Below, in pieces: positions 1 through 12,553 of a stretch of 64,000 nt of DNA. Position 1 is the first letter of the stretch; every line of letters begins with the position of its first letter. A program made the position numbers and the translations under genes. Origin of the DNA: Macrostomum lignano (Eukaryota). The stretch covers positions 1-64,000 of the forward strand of contig NIVC01001012.1 in NCBI GenBank assembly GCA_002269645.1, written 5' to 3'. Below the pieces are notes generated by a model. That model ran no database searches and was not told the origin of the DNA. It worked only from the letters and a program-made list of their open reading frames with translations.

Positions 1-3000
1 AGCTGGCTTTCGCCATTGCTATAACCGCTAGTCGCTTGCTTTGCGGTGACGTACAGGCAGACACCGGTGACCACCAGGATGAACACTGAAAGCAGCAGGC
101 TAACTGCTCCAATCGCGACTGCCGCGTAGGTTCTTCTAGGAGCGTTCGGATCGGATTCGCTGCTAGCTTAGCTTGGGCTTCAGCGTCAACGGAAACGGTT
201 CAGAGCGGCTGATGTTGTAAACTGTTGTTCCTCGAAACGTCTGCCTTCCGCTACACTGGATTCTCACAAAGATGCTGCTCCATAGCAGCGCCAGAGGAAT
301 CTTTGCGAGCTTCCACCGCTGAGTTGACGTTTGCTTCATGTTCTGCACGCTTGTGTTGCAACCAAAGTCAGCTGTGCACTGCACATCGGGAAACATTCCA
401 TCCGGAATCTGCTCTTGTGACCATGACGGACATGTTTCTGTCGTTCAACTCTGGTGGGGATATTTTCATGCTTGTTTTGTCTGAAATGGCGGTCACAAAT
501 ACATCTGACAATGAGCTTTGAATTTATCAAGTGTACAAAGAATCAGTGAGCTCACAGAAAACTGCAGGCAGTTGATTGGCGCTGGTCTCTACGTCTGGGT
601 ACTCGACTCCTGACTGGTTGACCTGGCAGCGCACCAGCCATCGGCTCCGGGCCATCCACCGGCTCACCCACAGCTGGTGCTCGCTGCTGAAGTCTGCGCT
701 CTGAGGATGGATGAGAATGATTGTTACATTTACCTTCAACTCGAGTTTAGTAATTTCAACTACGTAACTACAGAACATTATTATGCATAACACGAAGTAC
801 AACAATACTGGTACTTCATTACAAATAGTTGACTTCTTAGATTTCCTCTAACCAGAAACTGCAGCTCCTCTGTCAATAAGCAGTCAGTACAACGCAAACC
901 GAGTCATAAAATTTACCTGAACTTTCTTGAGCAGCTGGGAGAATGGAACTGCCGAGTCAATTAACCAGCAGCTGTGGCTCACGGGCCAGAAGCTGCAGCT
1001 GTCTGACCTGACCCTGACTGTCCTGACCTCGTGCTCACGCCAGAACTCGGCCTGCTCAAACTCAATCCGCGTCACACAGGGCTCTGGAGAGAAAAGACGT
1101 CGGAACTGTGCGCTGGATGGTGTGCCAAATAATTCAGATTGTTTCTCTCATTGGCTTACCGCTAATAGCTGCGATGCTGTGACGTTTCGCTACAGAGGTG
1201 ACACTTCCAGTTGTTGCAAAACTTTCTTTGCAATTAATGTAATTAGCCTTCATCCACTTCGACACTGTGAAGGTAAACGTGGACTTCACAGAAAAGACAG
1301 GCAGGTTTTCCGAGTTCCAAGTGATATTCCTTTCCTGCGAATTCGATATTGAGTGAGAGAATGTGAAACACAATGCAGGATAAATCTGCCAAGCAGAACT
1401 TGGGTTGCTTACAATGACTGCAGCTGTCAGAACCTCAGCCTGTGATGAAGGTGCATTCGAACTGCTAGCTCCGATCCAGCACACGTGTCGCGGCTCCGGA
1501 GAAGAGTCTGTGGTGATGAAGCTGACGGAAGCTGTTCTTCCGGACACCAACACATCGGGAGGCGAAATTTCTGACTGAATTGGCGGAACTGAAAAGCGAA
1601 TTTCTGGTCTCGTATTACAGAGCGGCTTTAGTGGCTCCAATAAAAACATTGTGAGCTGAACTCACTTCTCAATAGCAGCATTCGCTCAAGTCTTGTATCT
1701 CTTTGACGTCCTCGACTGCAGCTGAGCAGTGCGCCCTGATGCTCCAAGCTCGATTTGAATTCAAACATTTGCTGACATTCTTCATGGATCGTTCGCAACT
1801 ACAATGCCAGAATTTCTCTCTAATCGGAATTATACCGAATGAAAATTGATGTTCATGAAAACCTACATGATTGACCCTGAATTGTTTTCCATTGCGGTTC
1901 CGTATGCTGCAGTTAAGCCTTGAGCTGGTGGTTTTTAAGCCACAGTCCCGCACGGAAAAGCAGATGGGATCGCCGACAGAAGATTTTCCGATGTTGTCCA
2001 GACTGGTGCACATGGGAGTGTCAACGTCAAGCAGCTGCAGACAGGCGGGTCGACCTGAAAAAGGCGCGAGTTGACTACAGAACTCCAGACCAGAATCAAT
2101 AATTTGAGCGCATTTACCTGTCAGGTTGAGTGCAGACCACTGCAGGTCGCCTGAGCTGTTCTTCAGAAGAATGAAGGACACTAGGACCTGCCAGTCAAGT
2201 TTGATAGCATTGGTCTTCTGAAGGCATTAACTAATATCTTAATGCATGCAACATAAGACAACAGGTCTGTGGTGACTACCTGGACATTGATCTGTCTCCA
2301 CCGGTCGCTGCTGCCGTAGGTCTCCCAGCTGGCCCGGCACGGATCCTCCAGCTGCAGCTCCAGCGGGAGGCTCGAGGCTACGACCGCTGACACGGGCGAG
2401 CCGACCGGAGCTGCTGCGAGCCACTGGCCATCTGCAACACGAGTGCTTGGCTGCTAGCTGGTCTCACACTGTGTCAGAGTGCTAATTAGATGCTAGCTGG
2501 TCTCACACTGTCTCAGAGTGCTAATTTAGATGCTAGCTGGTCTCACACTGTCTCAGAGTGCTAATTAGATGCTAGCTGGTCTCACACAGTCTCAGAGTGC
2601 TAATTAGATGCTAGCTGGTCTCGCACTGTCTCAGAGTGCTAATTAGATGCTAGCTGGTCTCGCACTGTCTCAGAGTGCTAATTGGCTGCTTGCAGGTCTC
2701 ACACTGTCTCAGAGTGCTAATTGACTGCTTGCAGGTCTCACACTGTCTCAGAGTGCTAATTAGATGCTAGCTGGTCTCACACTGTCTCAGAGTGCTAATT
2801 AGATGCTAGCTGGTCTCACACTGTCTCAGAGTGCTAATTAGATGCTAGCTGGTCTCACACTGTCTCAGAGTGCTAATTAGATGCTAGCTGGTCTCACACT
2901 GTCTCAGAGTGCTAATTAGATGCTAGCTGGTCTCACACTGTCTCAGAGTGCTAATTAGATGCTAGCTGGTCTCACACTGTCTCACACTGTGTCCCAGACT

Positions 3001-3420
3001 CCCTCTGCCTCATCATGCATCATGAGAATGAGTCGGTCAGCGTCACTCACCCCAGTCTCGCACGCTCACCGCCTCCAGCATCATCGGCTGCCTCAGCTGC
3101 ATCACAAGCCACCGAGGCCCGGACCGCACAGCAGCAGGGAATCGGTTTGTCTCTGACTGCCGACTCTCCCACCAACGGCAGTGCGCACCGCTGGGTTGCC
3201 AGGTGCGCAGAACGTCAGCCCTGCTCAGCTGCACTGTGACTGAAACATTTTGACTCAGCTGTCAGTATCTGTGGTTTTCGATTAAAGTTTTTCAAAACCT
3301 GCATATTCTGACATAGATCATCAGCTCACCTTCATGTATTGCGTCAGTGCATTGGGCTTCTGCGCTAGAGACCCGAAGGCTCAGCAGCGCCGGCAGAAGC
3401 AGCCAAATCTGCTGCTTCAT
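1..3420 (-). pseudogene. Ig-like/discoidin-like single-pass receptor paralog 1; probably frameshifted; 3' end runs off the window
   Basis: Exons 3330-3420 (signal MKQQIWLLLPALLSLRVSSAEA), 3051-3239 and 2280-2431, then exons matching copy 2 down to a TM segment (AAVAIGAVSLLLSVFILVVTGVCLY, ~50-130). Splice phases match copy 2. Relative to copy 2 there is an extra G at 388-390 and an AGCTT duplication at 165-174, both breaking the frame. Confidence 0.75.
2452..2985. repeat. 39-bp intronic minisatellite, ~13 units
   Basis: Unit TGCTAGCTGGTCTCACACTGTCTCAGAGTGCTAATTAGA in intron 2 of paralog 1. Confidence 0.95.
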
Positions 3421-4149
3421 GTTAGCATGGAGTGTCCCAGCGACCAATGTTGTCAGGGTTAAAGTTTATAGCTGTAAAAATCTCAGATAATTAACCGCAG
3501 TTCATGCCACCAGTTAGGTGCAAGGTAAACAAACTTCAAACTGATTGATGCAATGAACTGCGAAACTGTACACTTGTGTTCACGCACAGATGTTTTTACC
3601 CTGCTTTTAGGAGCGACGTATCCAACAAGCTTTGCCTCCTTCGTTTATGATTTATCGTTTATGAAAAAATGAAATGAAACGAGTCGAAAAACTTAGCCTA
3701 ACCAATTTGCCTTTGACTCCCTATTGCGGCACGACATGGATGGTCGCTCGCGCGGTAGCCTCTCAGGTAGCAGACAAGCTGGCAGAGATTCTCGGGCCTG
3801 AAAACATCTGAAATGTTCCGGTTTCGAACAGAAGTGCGGGAACTATAAACTACCTGACGTGACGCGAAAGTCAGGAATCGAATGTTGTTTGAACGAGTGT
3901 AAATTCTTGCGATATATTTGCAGTAGTAGAATAGTCTAAGTTGCTTGACGAGACACAGATCGAGAGCAATGGTTTAAATATTGCGACTATTGAAAATATT
4001 GAAGTGGAGTATTGAACTACATTGATGCACTGCGTGATTGAGCAAGTGGAGGGACTTAAGGGGCGAGGCAAGGCTAGAGCAATGATGTACACTGAATTGC
4101 ACAGAGTACGCATTGGTTTACAGAGTACATAGAAGTTTAGCATTGAATA

Positions 4150-4515
4150 AAGTTAAGTGACGGAGTTAGCAGAATAAAGTTAAGCAAAAAACCGCACACA
4201 GTTACCCATGCTAGCAAACCAACGAACCGTCACTTCACTACCTACATCAAACGGATAGGTGAGCCTGTCATGAGTAAAGGCGGGGCATTCACAGATGAAG
4301 TGCTCCGGATTCTGAACGCGGTGAGAGGCCAGAATGGGCAAACCAAACTGTAGATTTTTACCTGGAGGTAGTGATACCCGGCTAAACAGCCATGACCCGA
4401 GAGGGCCAAGGTCACCTTCCTGATGTCCGTGTGGTAGAGGCCTTGCAGGTCCTTCAAGAGGGCAGGAGAGGGACATTGGACAGCCGCGTGGGATTGCTGG
4501 CAGTCAGGGGTGCTA
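4150..4515 (-). mobile_element. Degenerate non-LTR retrotransposon 3' fragment (C-terminal zinc-knuckle region)
   Basis: Two overlapping frames give ...[29 protein letters not shown]...VCPF and [11 protein letters not shown], the GHG...CxxC...HxxxxC signature of LINE ORF2 ends. Confidence 0.65.
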
Positions 4516-4539
4516 GCCTAATTCTCTGTTCTTAGAAGC

Positions 4540-5485
4540 CACCTTCGGTGCTTGGACATGCCTCTGTAAGGGTAGAAAAGGAGCTTTGGACATGGCTCTG
4601 TGGGGTAGAAGAGGAGCTTTGGACATGGCTCGGTGGGGGTAGGAGAGGAGCTTTGGACATGCCTCTGTAAGGGTAGAAAAGGAGCTTTGGACATGGCTCT
4701 GTGGGGGTAGAAGAGGAGCTTTGGACATGGCTCGGTGGGGGTAGAAGAGGAGCTCTGGACATGGCTCTGTGGGGGTAGGAGAGGAGCTTTGGACATGGCT
4801 CTGTGGGGGTAGAAGAGGAGCTTTGGACATGGCTCGGTGGGGGTAGAAGAGTAGCTTTGGACATGGCTCTGTGGGGGTAGAAGAGGAGCTTTGGACACTG
4901 AGAATAGAAGAGGAGCTTTGGACACTGATAATAGAAGAGGAGCTTTGGACACTGAGAATAGAAGAGGAGCTTTGGACACTGATAATAGAAGAGGAGCTTT
5001 GGACACTGAGAATAGAAGACGAGCTTTGGACACTGAGAATAGAATAGGGGCTTTTGATATCGCTCTGTGGGGGTAGAAGAGGAGCTTTGGACACTGAGAA
5101 TAGAAGAGGAGCTTTGGACACTGATAATAGAAGAGGAGCTTTGGACACTGAGAATAGAAGAGGAGCTTTGGACACTGATAATAGAAGAGGAGCTTTGGAC
5201 ACTGAGAATAGAAGACGAGCTTTGGACACTGAGAATAGAATAGGGGCTTTTGATATCGCTCTGTGGGGTAGAAGAGGAGCTTTGGACACTGAGAATAGAA
5301 GAGGAGCTTTGGACACTGATAATAGAAGAGGAGCTTTGGACACTGAGAATAGAAGAGGAGCTTTGGACACTGATAATAGAAGAGGAGCTTTGGACACTGA
5401 GAATAGAAGACGAGCTTTGGACACTGAGAATAGAATAGGGGCTTTTGATATCGCTCTGTGGGGGTAGAAGAGGTGCTTTGGACGG
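4540..5485. repeat. Compound minisatellite (34-bp and 27-bp units sharing AGAAGAGGAGCTTTGGACA) with a ~196-bp higher-order repeat
   Basis: 34-bp units to ~4890, then 27-bp units. The block marker TAGGGGCTTTTGATATC recurs at ~5045, 5241 and 5436. Confidence 0.9.
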
Positions 5486-6849
5486 AAACACAAGTAATTT
5501 CTGAAGAGAATTCAGCTCTCGTACTAGCTGATGAGAATTGAAGCTGCTTTAATCCATTCAATTTTTTTCCAGGAGAATCAATATTCAGAATTGATGAGTG
5601 AGAAATCCGCAAGTAAGAAGCAGATATGGCAACTCAATTTCCTGCACAACCTTCTGTTGCTTCCACAAAGATGAGGAAGCATCTTCCTCTTCCGCTGTAC
5701 ATCCTGTGTAAGTGTCTTTAGGCAGACGGATCCGTGTGCCTGCTTAGGGGTCAGCGAAATAGGTCTGACTGCTTGTCAGCTTGCTGTCGACTTGATTTGA
5801 TGTTTTTTTACATTTTGTGCACCAGATCAACAATTCAATCAAATAAACCCTTTTGCAATGCTGTAATGTATTTATAATACGAGTGATCAAATACCAACTG
5901 AGAGGCATATTTGCAGGAATAAAAATTCGAATTTTGTAAATGAAAAAAGCCGACATAATCAGGTGAAGTCGGCATGCTCTGAAGTATACTTGAGTTCGAT
6001 TAGAGCACCGAAAGTCTTGGGAGCTTATGATAAAACTATTATAGGGTGACGATGTTGCGACATAACAATCACGTACTTTAAAAATAAATGAATAATCAAT
6101 ACAGGCTAATTAGTAGTGATTTCAGCCGCTTTTAGCCGTTTCACATTTCACTTTGCAGTAAAACGACAATTTCACACTTTCTGAGCTCTTGGTGAAAGGA
6201 ATTTTCTACACAAATCGACAAAGAATGGCTGCTACTGCAAGTCCTCTAACCTTTGAAACTTCTCACAATAGCAATCCGGCCCGCTCAAGGTTTGTGTCTT
6301 TTCAAGCCTTCTTTTCTCTAGTGAGTCTAATCTCATCTCCCTTCTATTGTCTCTCCTCTCCCTTTTCTTCCTTCTCTAATCTCCCTCTCTCCTATTTTAT
6401 CTCTGCTCTTCCTCACCTACCATTTTATCTATTCTCCTTTATTCCTTGCCTCTGTTGTCTCCTCTCTCTTTTCTATTTCCTCTCCTCTCTCCCCTGCCTG
6501 GCCCGAAGTCATGCGCTGGGTTCTCTATCTGGCCATTGAGGTAAAAAAGGTTTGCTGACCCCTGGTACAGACGAACCCATAAGAAAGCATTCCAAATAGC
6601 ATTCCAAAATTACTAAAAGGAGGCTATATGATAAAATTGGCCGGAAAATTTGCTTTTCTGCGAGTCTCCCCACAGATTTCCGAGTACAATATCCTTCCAA
6701 TTTACTTGACCATCTAGAGAAACATGAAATATTTCCTTTTCATCTTTTTCTGGTATTTATCGGAATATAAGAAATACGATCCTCCAGAAAGAATTCCTGG
6801 AGGACCCTCTCTAACTTTAGCAGTTCTTGAAGCCACAGTCAATCGAGTT

Positions 6850-9800
6850 CTATTCAAAGTGATTCACTCGAATGGTGATCTCCCAGTACTCGTCTGGATC
6901 CTCATAGTAGGTGCCGTCCTGGCTTGGAGTTCGCAGCTGCAGGGCATGCGGAGTTTCCAGCGTCGGCAGGTCAGCCGGTGAAGTCTGCTGCACTTGAGCC
7001 TGGGCCACCACCCAAGCTGCCGTTAATTCTTTCTAGAATAATTGGACAGGGAGATAAACAAAAATTGTATTGTGTTTCTGTCGTGCATGTCTAGCAATTC
7101 TAGCATAGCTTATTCAACTGCATAAAGTTGAAAATCAGAAAGTTCCACCTTGCCAAACCATCCTGTATAAATAACTATATGCATAGCTAGCCTCAACTAA
7201 AACTGAACTGTCGATAAGATAAATGTCGAGATTTTTACTCAACCCAAACAGGTAGTTAGGACACTAAACATAGTAAGCAGAGGCTAATATAATAAACAGA
7301 CAGAATTGATCAAGATTAGAACCATATCGTCAGTAAATCACTTGTAGAACTTCGCCCACCACTCCTTCCCCTGCACGTGTACAAAGCATGACTTTATCGG
7401 GTGGCGATTCGGAATACTAAGATAAAGCTGAAGTTCATCATTGTGATTAACTTTGTGTCTAACTAAACTCGGTTTAACAGAGTAAATAAGAGTGCAGAAC
7501 AGGTAAGCATGGCCTTCAAAGTAATTCCATGACAGTTCAGCAATAGAAGCTGGCATGCGTCCAATAATGATGGCTCGGATTGAAGGCCATCCATCAAATC
7601 AGAGAGGGGTCGCTTTCAATAGCTCGAATCATCACATCGAAAGTTTATGCAGTCCATTTCATAATACCGCATTTTCACCAACCCAAAATTTCATTAACCC
7701 TTAAAGGGCTTGGAAAGTCTCCTGTCCCTCATTGTATTTCGACATAGTGAAAATATGGGTTTGTGAAATTTCGGCGTTGTGCGATTTCTGGTCCGTGAAA
7801 TTTCGAGCTAATGAAAGACAGTATCTTTCGACATTGTGAAGATTTGAGTTGGTGAAACAAAGAGTGGGTTAGCATAGTTTCCCAATCGAACATGACTTAT
7901 TTAAACTTCTCACTAAGTGTGTTGCTGACGTCACAAGCCTTTACAGAGGTGCTCATTAAAACTGACTCGCCTACCTGTCTCTTGACTCGAGCCTGACCAG
8001 TACAGCATCCAGCTTCTTCTTCTTCTTCTTCTTCGGGCGTGCTCGGGCCAGGGCCCATGGCACCGGGCGTCAGATGGCGCCCGCCTTCCCGAGGAAGTTC
8101 AACACCGCGACGCAGTTCTCGAAAACTGCCGCGGGCTCCGGGCTTGGCCCCCAGAGGCGGCAGCGGTGTGATGTCAGGGCGGGGCAGGAGATCAGCAGAT
8201 GGGCCGCCGTCTCCTCTCCATCGCCACAGAAGCGGCAGGTGGGGGCCACGTCAACGCCGATGGCGGCCTGGAAGCCCGCAGGGCCGGGCAGCGGTCGGCG
8301 CGCAGCTGGCAGATCAGCCGCTCCTGCCGCCGCGTGAGGTCGCTTGTCGGCTGAGGCGGCAGGCGGCCCGCCGTGCAGGCAAGGTGCCAGGCAAGCGAGC
8401 TCGTGCTCGCCGCCTCGGTGGCCGCCGCGTTGTAGATCTGGTGCCAGCGGGCGAGGCAGTAGCGGCGGACGGCAGCCTGCGCGGCAGTGCAGTGCTCGCT
8501 GCCAGAAGCTCCCTGTTGAGTTTGACACCTTATTGACGCATAGGTAGACACCGGTGGAACCCACCATGAGCGCTGCGATCGCCAGGGTCACCACTCCGAA
8601 GAAGAACAACGCTTGAGTTTGCTTAGGACAGTCTGGATCGTATTCGCTGCTGGCTTGGGGTTTCAGAGTAAACGGAAACGTTGCAGAGCGGCTGATGTTG
8701 TAAACTGTCGTTCCTCGAAACGTCTGCCTTCCGCTGCAATGGATTCTCACAAAGATGCCGCTGCTCCAACATACAGCCAGAGGAATCTTTGCGAGCTCCC
8801 ACAGCTGAGCTGACGTTTGCTTCATGTTCTGCACACTTGTGTTGCCACCAAAGTCAGCTGTGCACTGCACATCGGAAACATTCCATCCGGGATCTGCTCT
8901 TGTGACCATGACGGACATGTTTCTGTCGTTCAACTCTGGTGGGGATATTTGCAAGCTGGTTTTGTCTGAAATGGCGGTCACACATCCATCTGACTAAAGC
9001 TTCGAAGTCATCGAGTGTAAAAAGAATCAGTGAGCTCACAGAAAACTGCAGGCATTTGACCTGCGCTGGTCTCTACGTCTGGGTACTCGACTCCTGACTG
9101 GTTGACCTGGCAGCGCACCAGCCAGCGGCTCCGGGCCATCCACCGGCTCACTGGCAGCTGGTGCTCGCTGCTGAAGTCCGTGCTCTGAGGATGGATGAGG
9201 ATGATTGCTGACCATGATAAAAATGACCTAATTCTAGTTCTGGAAGTGTGAAGCCGTGAAATCGAAGCAAAGTCCAAGGAATTGATGATGTAGTGGAGAA
9301 GTTGGTAGTTGGAGAAAAACTGTAAAGTGGAGACTTCAATAGTAAAGTAGCATTAGGTTATTTAGATTTTTCCGTCAACTTGTAAACCAATGCTCTCGAC
9401 ATTGGTTGCCACTGACGATGAGGCTGAGCTGAAAAAATCCTGTAGCTCGTATATCAACTTGCTGCGCTTCTGTAAATCAACGAAGCTTAGTTAAAGCTGC
9501 GCATTGCCTTCTTCCTCATTCTCGCATCTCAACTTGTATTCAAGATTTCTACTCTTGCTTTTATTCCTACCTTATGCGAATGCATTCTGGGAGAAGTTAA
9601 TAACGGAACTTTTCATGCTTCCAAACGCCTGCGACCTGACCAATATAGACAAACTAGAAAGTAGAAGACAAAACAGCCGTGCAGGGCGAGCAGAAGACTT
9701 CTCCAGATTTTTATATTAACTAATTTGGTATGATCAATAATACAAATGGAAGGACGAAAAAACATACGAGATACAACTAAAGTGAACTGCTGTATTCTTC

Positions 9801-12553
9801 GGCTCCGCTGTTACATGCACATGTAGTTGACAGAAGTCCACCGTGAACGATGAGGAGGAGACGATTGTCTGCACGTTTTGTATTTCCTTTGTTGAGCATT
9901 TAAAAGCGGCCATATTACTGACCAGGGAGTCTTTCTGGGTGAAAGAGCTTCTGCATCTACCTGCGTGTGTCGAATACTGCTCACTAAAAGGCATGAAGTG
10001 CTACAAATAAACTGTGAAGGACTTTTAAAAGGCTGTCTGTTGCTACTGTAGTTAACAATGCTGATTAATAGTTTATGTGTTAGCTTATACTTTTAATAAT
10101 ACTGGTAAATAGATGCATAAGAACACAAGGACTCGATTAATTATTACATTCAGATTGTCTTCACCTGCACTTTCTTGAGCAGCTGGGAGAATGGAGCTGC
10201 CGAGTCGATTAACCAGCAGCTGTGGCTGACGGGCCAGAAGCTGCAACTGTCTGACCTGACCCTGACTGTCCTGACCTCGTGCTCGCGCCAGAACTCGGCC
10301 TGCTCAAGCTCAATCCGCGTCACGCAGGGCTCTGTGGAGAAAATACATTGGAACTTTGCAATGGGTAACGTACCAGATAATCTGGATTGTTTCTCTCATT
10401 GGCTTACCGCTAATAGCTGTGATGCTGTGACGCTTCACCACAGAGGTGACACTTCCAGTTGTTGCAAAACTTTCTTTGCAATTAATGTAATTAGCCTTCA
10501 TCCACTTCGACACTGTGAAGGTAAACGTCGACTTCACAGAAAAGACAGGCAGGTTTTCCGCGTTCCTAGTGATCTTCCTTTCCTGCGAATTCGATAGTGA
10601 GTGAGAGAATGTGAAACACCAGCTAAGCTAAATCTGCCAAGCAGAACTTGGGTTGCTTACAATGGCTGCAGCTGTCAGAACCTCAGCCTGTGATGAAGGT
10701 GCATTCGAACTGCTAGCTCCGATCCAGCACAGGTGTCGCGGCTCCGGAGAAGAGTCTGTGGTGATGAAGCTGACGGAAGCTGTTCTTCCGGACACCAACA
10801 CAGCGGGAGGCGAAATTTCTGACTGAATTGGCGGAACTGAAAGGCGAATTTCTTGTCTCGTATTACAGAGCGGCTTTAGTGGCTCCAATAAAAACATTGT
10901 GAGCTGAACTCACTTCTCAATAGCAGCATTCGCTCAAGTCTTGTATCTCTTTGACGTCCTCGACTGCAGCTGAGCAGTGCGCCCTGATGCTCCAAGCTCG
11001 ATTTGAATTCAAACATTTGCTGACATTCTTCGTGGATCGTTTGCGTCTGCAATGCCAGAATTTCTCTCTAATCGGAATTATACCGAATGAAAATTGATAT
11101 TCATGAAAACTTACATGATTGACCCTGAATTGTTTTCCATTGCGGTTCCGTATGCTGCAGTTAAGCCTTGAGCTGGTGGTTTTTAAGCCGCAGTCCCGCA
11201 CAGAAAAGCAGATGTGATCGCCGACAGAAGATTTTCCGATGTTGTCCAGACTGGCGCATATGGGAGTGTCAACGTCAAGCAGCTGCAGACAGGCAAGTCG
11301 ACCTGAAAAAGGCGCGAGTTGAGCACTGAACTTAATCAATAAATCAATAATTTGAGCGCATTTACCTGTCAGGTTGAGTGCAGACCACTGCAGGTCGCCT
11401 GAGCTGCTCTTCAGAAGAATGAAGGACACTGGGACCTGCCATTCAAGTTTGATAGCATTGGTCTTCTGACATCAGCTTTAGATATTTATATGCATGCGAC
11501 ATAAGGCAGCAGGTCTGTAGTGACTACCTGGACATTGAGCTGCCTCCACCGGACTCTGCTGCTGCCGAAGGCCTCCCAGCTGGCGCGGCACGGATCCTCC
11601 AGCTGCAGCTCCAGCGGGAGGCTCGAGGCTCCGACCGCTGACACGGGCGAGCCGACCGGAGCTGCTGCGAGCCACTGGCCATCTGCAACACGAGTGCTTG
11701 GCTGCTAGCTGGTCTCACACTGTCTCAGAGTGCTAATTAGATGCTAGCTGGTCTCACACTGTCTCAGAGTGCTAATTAGATGCTATCAGGTCTCACACTG
11801 TCTCAAAGTGCTAATTAGATGCTAGCTGGTCTCACACTGTCTCAGAGTGCTAATTAGATGCTAGCTGGTCTCACACGGTCTCAAAGTGCTAATTAGATGC
11901 TAGCTGGTCTCATACTGTCTCAGAGTGCTAATTAGATGCTAGCTGGTCTCACACTGTCTCAAAGTGCTAATTAGATGCTAGCTGGTCTCACACTGTCTCA
12001 GAGTGCTAATTAGATACTAGCTGGTCTCACACTGTCTCAGAGTGCTAATTAGATTCTAGCTGGTCTCACACTGTCTCAGAGTGCTAATTAGATGCTAGCT
12101 GGTCTCACACTGTCTCACACTCTTTGTCCCAGACTCCCTCTGCTTCATCATGCATCATGAGAATGAGTCGGTCAGCGTCACTTACCCCAGTCTCGCACGC
12201 TCACCGCCTCCAGCATCATCGGCTGCCTAAGCTGCATCAAGAGCCACCGAGGCCCGGACCGCACAGCAGCAGGGAATCGGTTTGTCTCTGACTGCCGACT
12301 CTCCCACCAACGGCAGTGCGCACCGCTGGGTTGCCAGGTGCGCAGAACGTCAGCCCTGCTCAGCTGCACTGTGACTGAAACGTTTTGATTCAGCTGTCAT
12401 TATCTGTGGTTTTCGATTAAAGTTTTTCAAAACCTGCATATTCTGACAGATCATCAGCTCACCTTCATGTTTTGCGTCAGTGCATTGGGCTTCTGCGCTA
12501 GAGACCCGAAGGCTCAGCAGCGCCGGCAGAAGCAGCCAAATATGCTGCTTCAT
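6850..12553 (-). CDS. Ig-like/discoidin-like single-pass receptor paralog 2: 12 exons, ~724 aa before a LINE insertion in exon 11
   Basis: Exons 12463-12553, 12186-12374, 11528-11682, 11366-11435, 11115-11302, 10914-11046, 10661-10836, 10408-10582, 10165-10331, 9040-9184, (8507-8989 + 7975-8010), 6850-7016. All introns are GT-AG with matching phases and the exons sum to 2175 nt. Features: signal peptide, Ig-like strands (HQGALLSCS; FITTDSSPEPRHLCW), TM FFFGVVTLAIAALMVGSTGVYLCV, tail ending GTYYEDPDEYWEITIRVNHFE*. Domain names are pattern-based inference. Confidence 0.8.
8015..8506 (-). mobile_element. 5'-truncated LINE (CCHC zinc knuckle, (GAA)n tail) inserted in a receptor TM exon
   Basis: GC-rich. 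Encodes ...CRFCGDGEETAAHLLISCPAL...VLNFLGKAGAI*. (CTT)7 at 8013-8033 is the 3' tail. AGCT duplication at 8011-8014 and 8507-8510. Internal frameshift near 8280. Confidence 0.9.
11703..12115. repeat. 39-bp intronic minisatellite, ~10 units
   Basis: Same unit as 2452-2985, in intron 2 of paralog 2. Confidence 0.95.

Noticed and set aside
1669-1830. ORF-track frame ending ...DLSECCY, and an apparent TAG in the alternative frame
   Set aside because: Splice phases show the exon is read as ...HQGALLSCS.... The TAG is the acceptor AG (CAG in paralog 2), not a stop.
4513-5612. Long ORFs of 319-364 aa
   Set aside because: Translations of the compound minisatellite, open in several frames.
9734-9994. 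CRSSFTQKDSLVSNM, resembling a C2H2 finger
   Set aside because: Lacks the first Cys and the His ligands; no supporting exon context.
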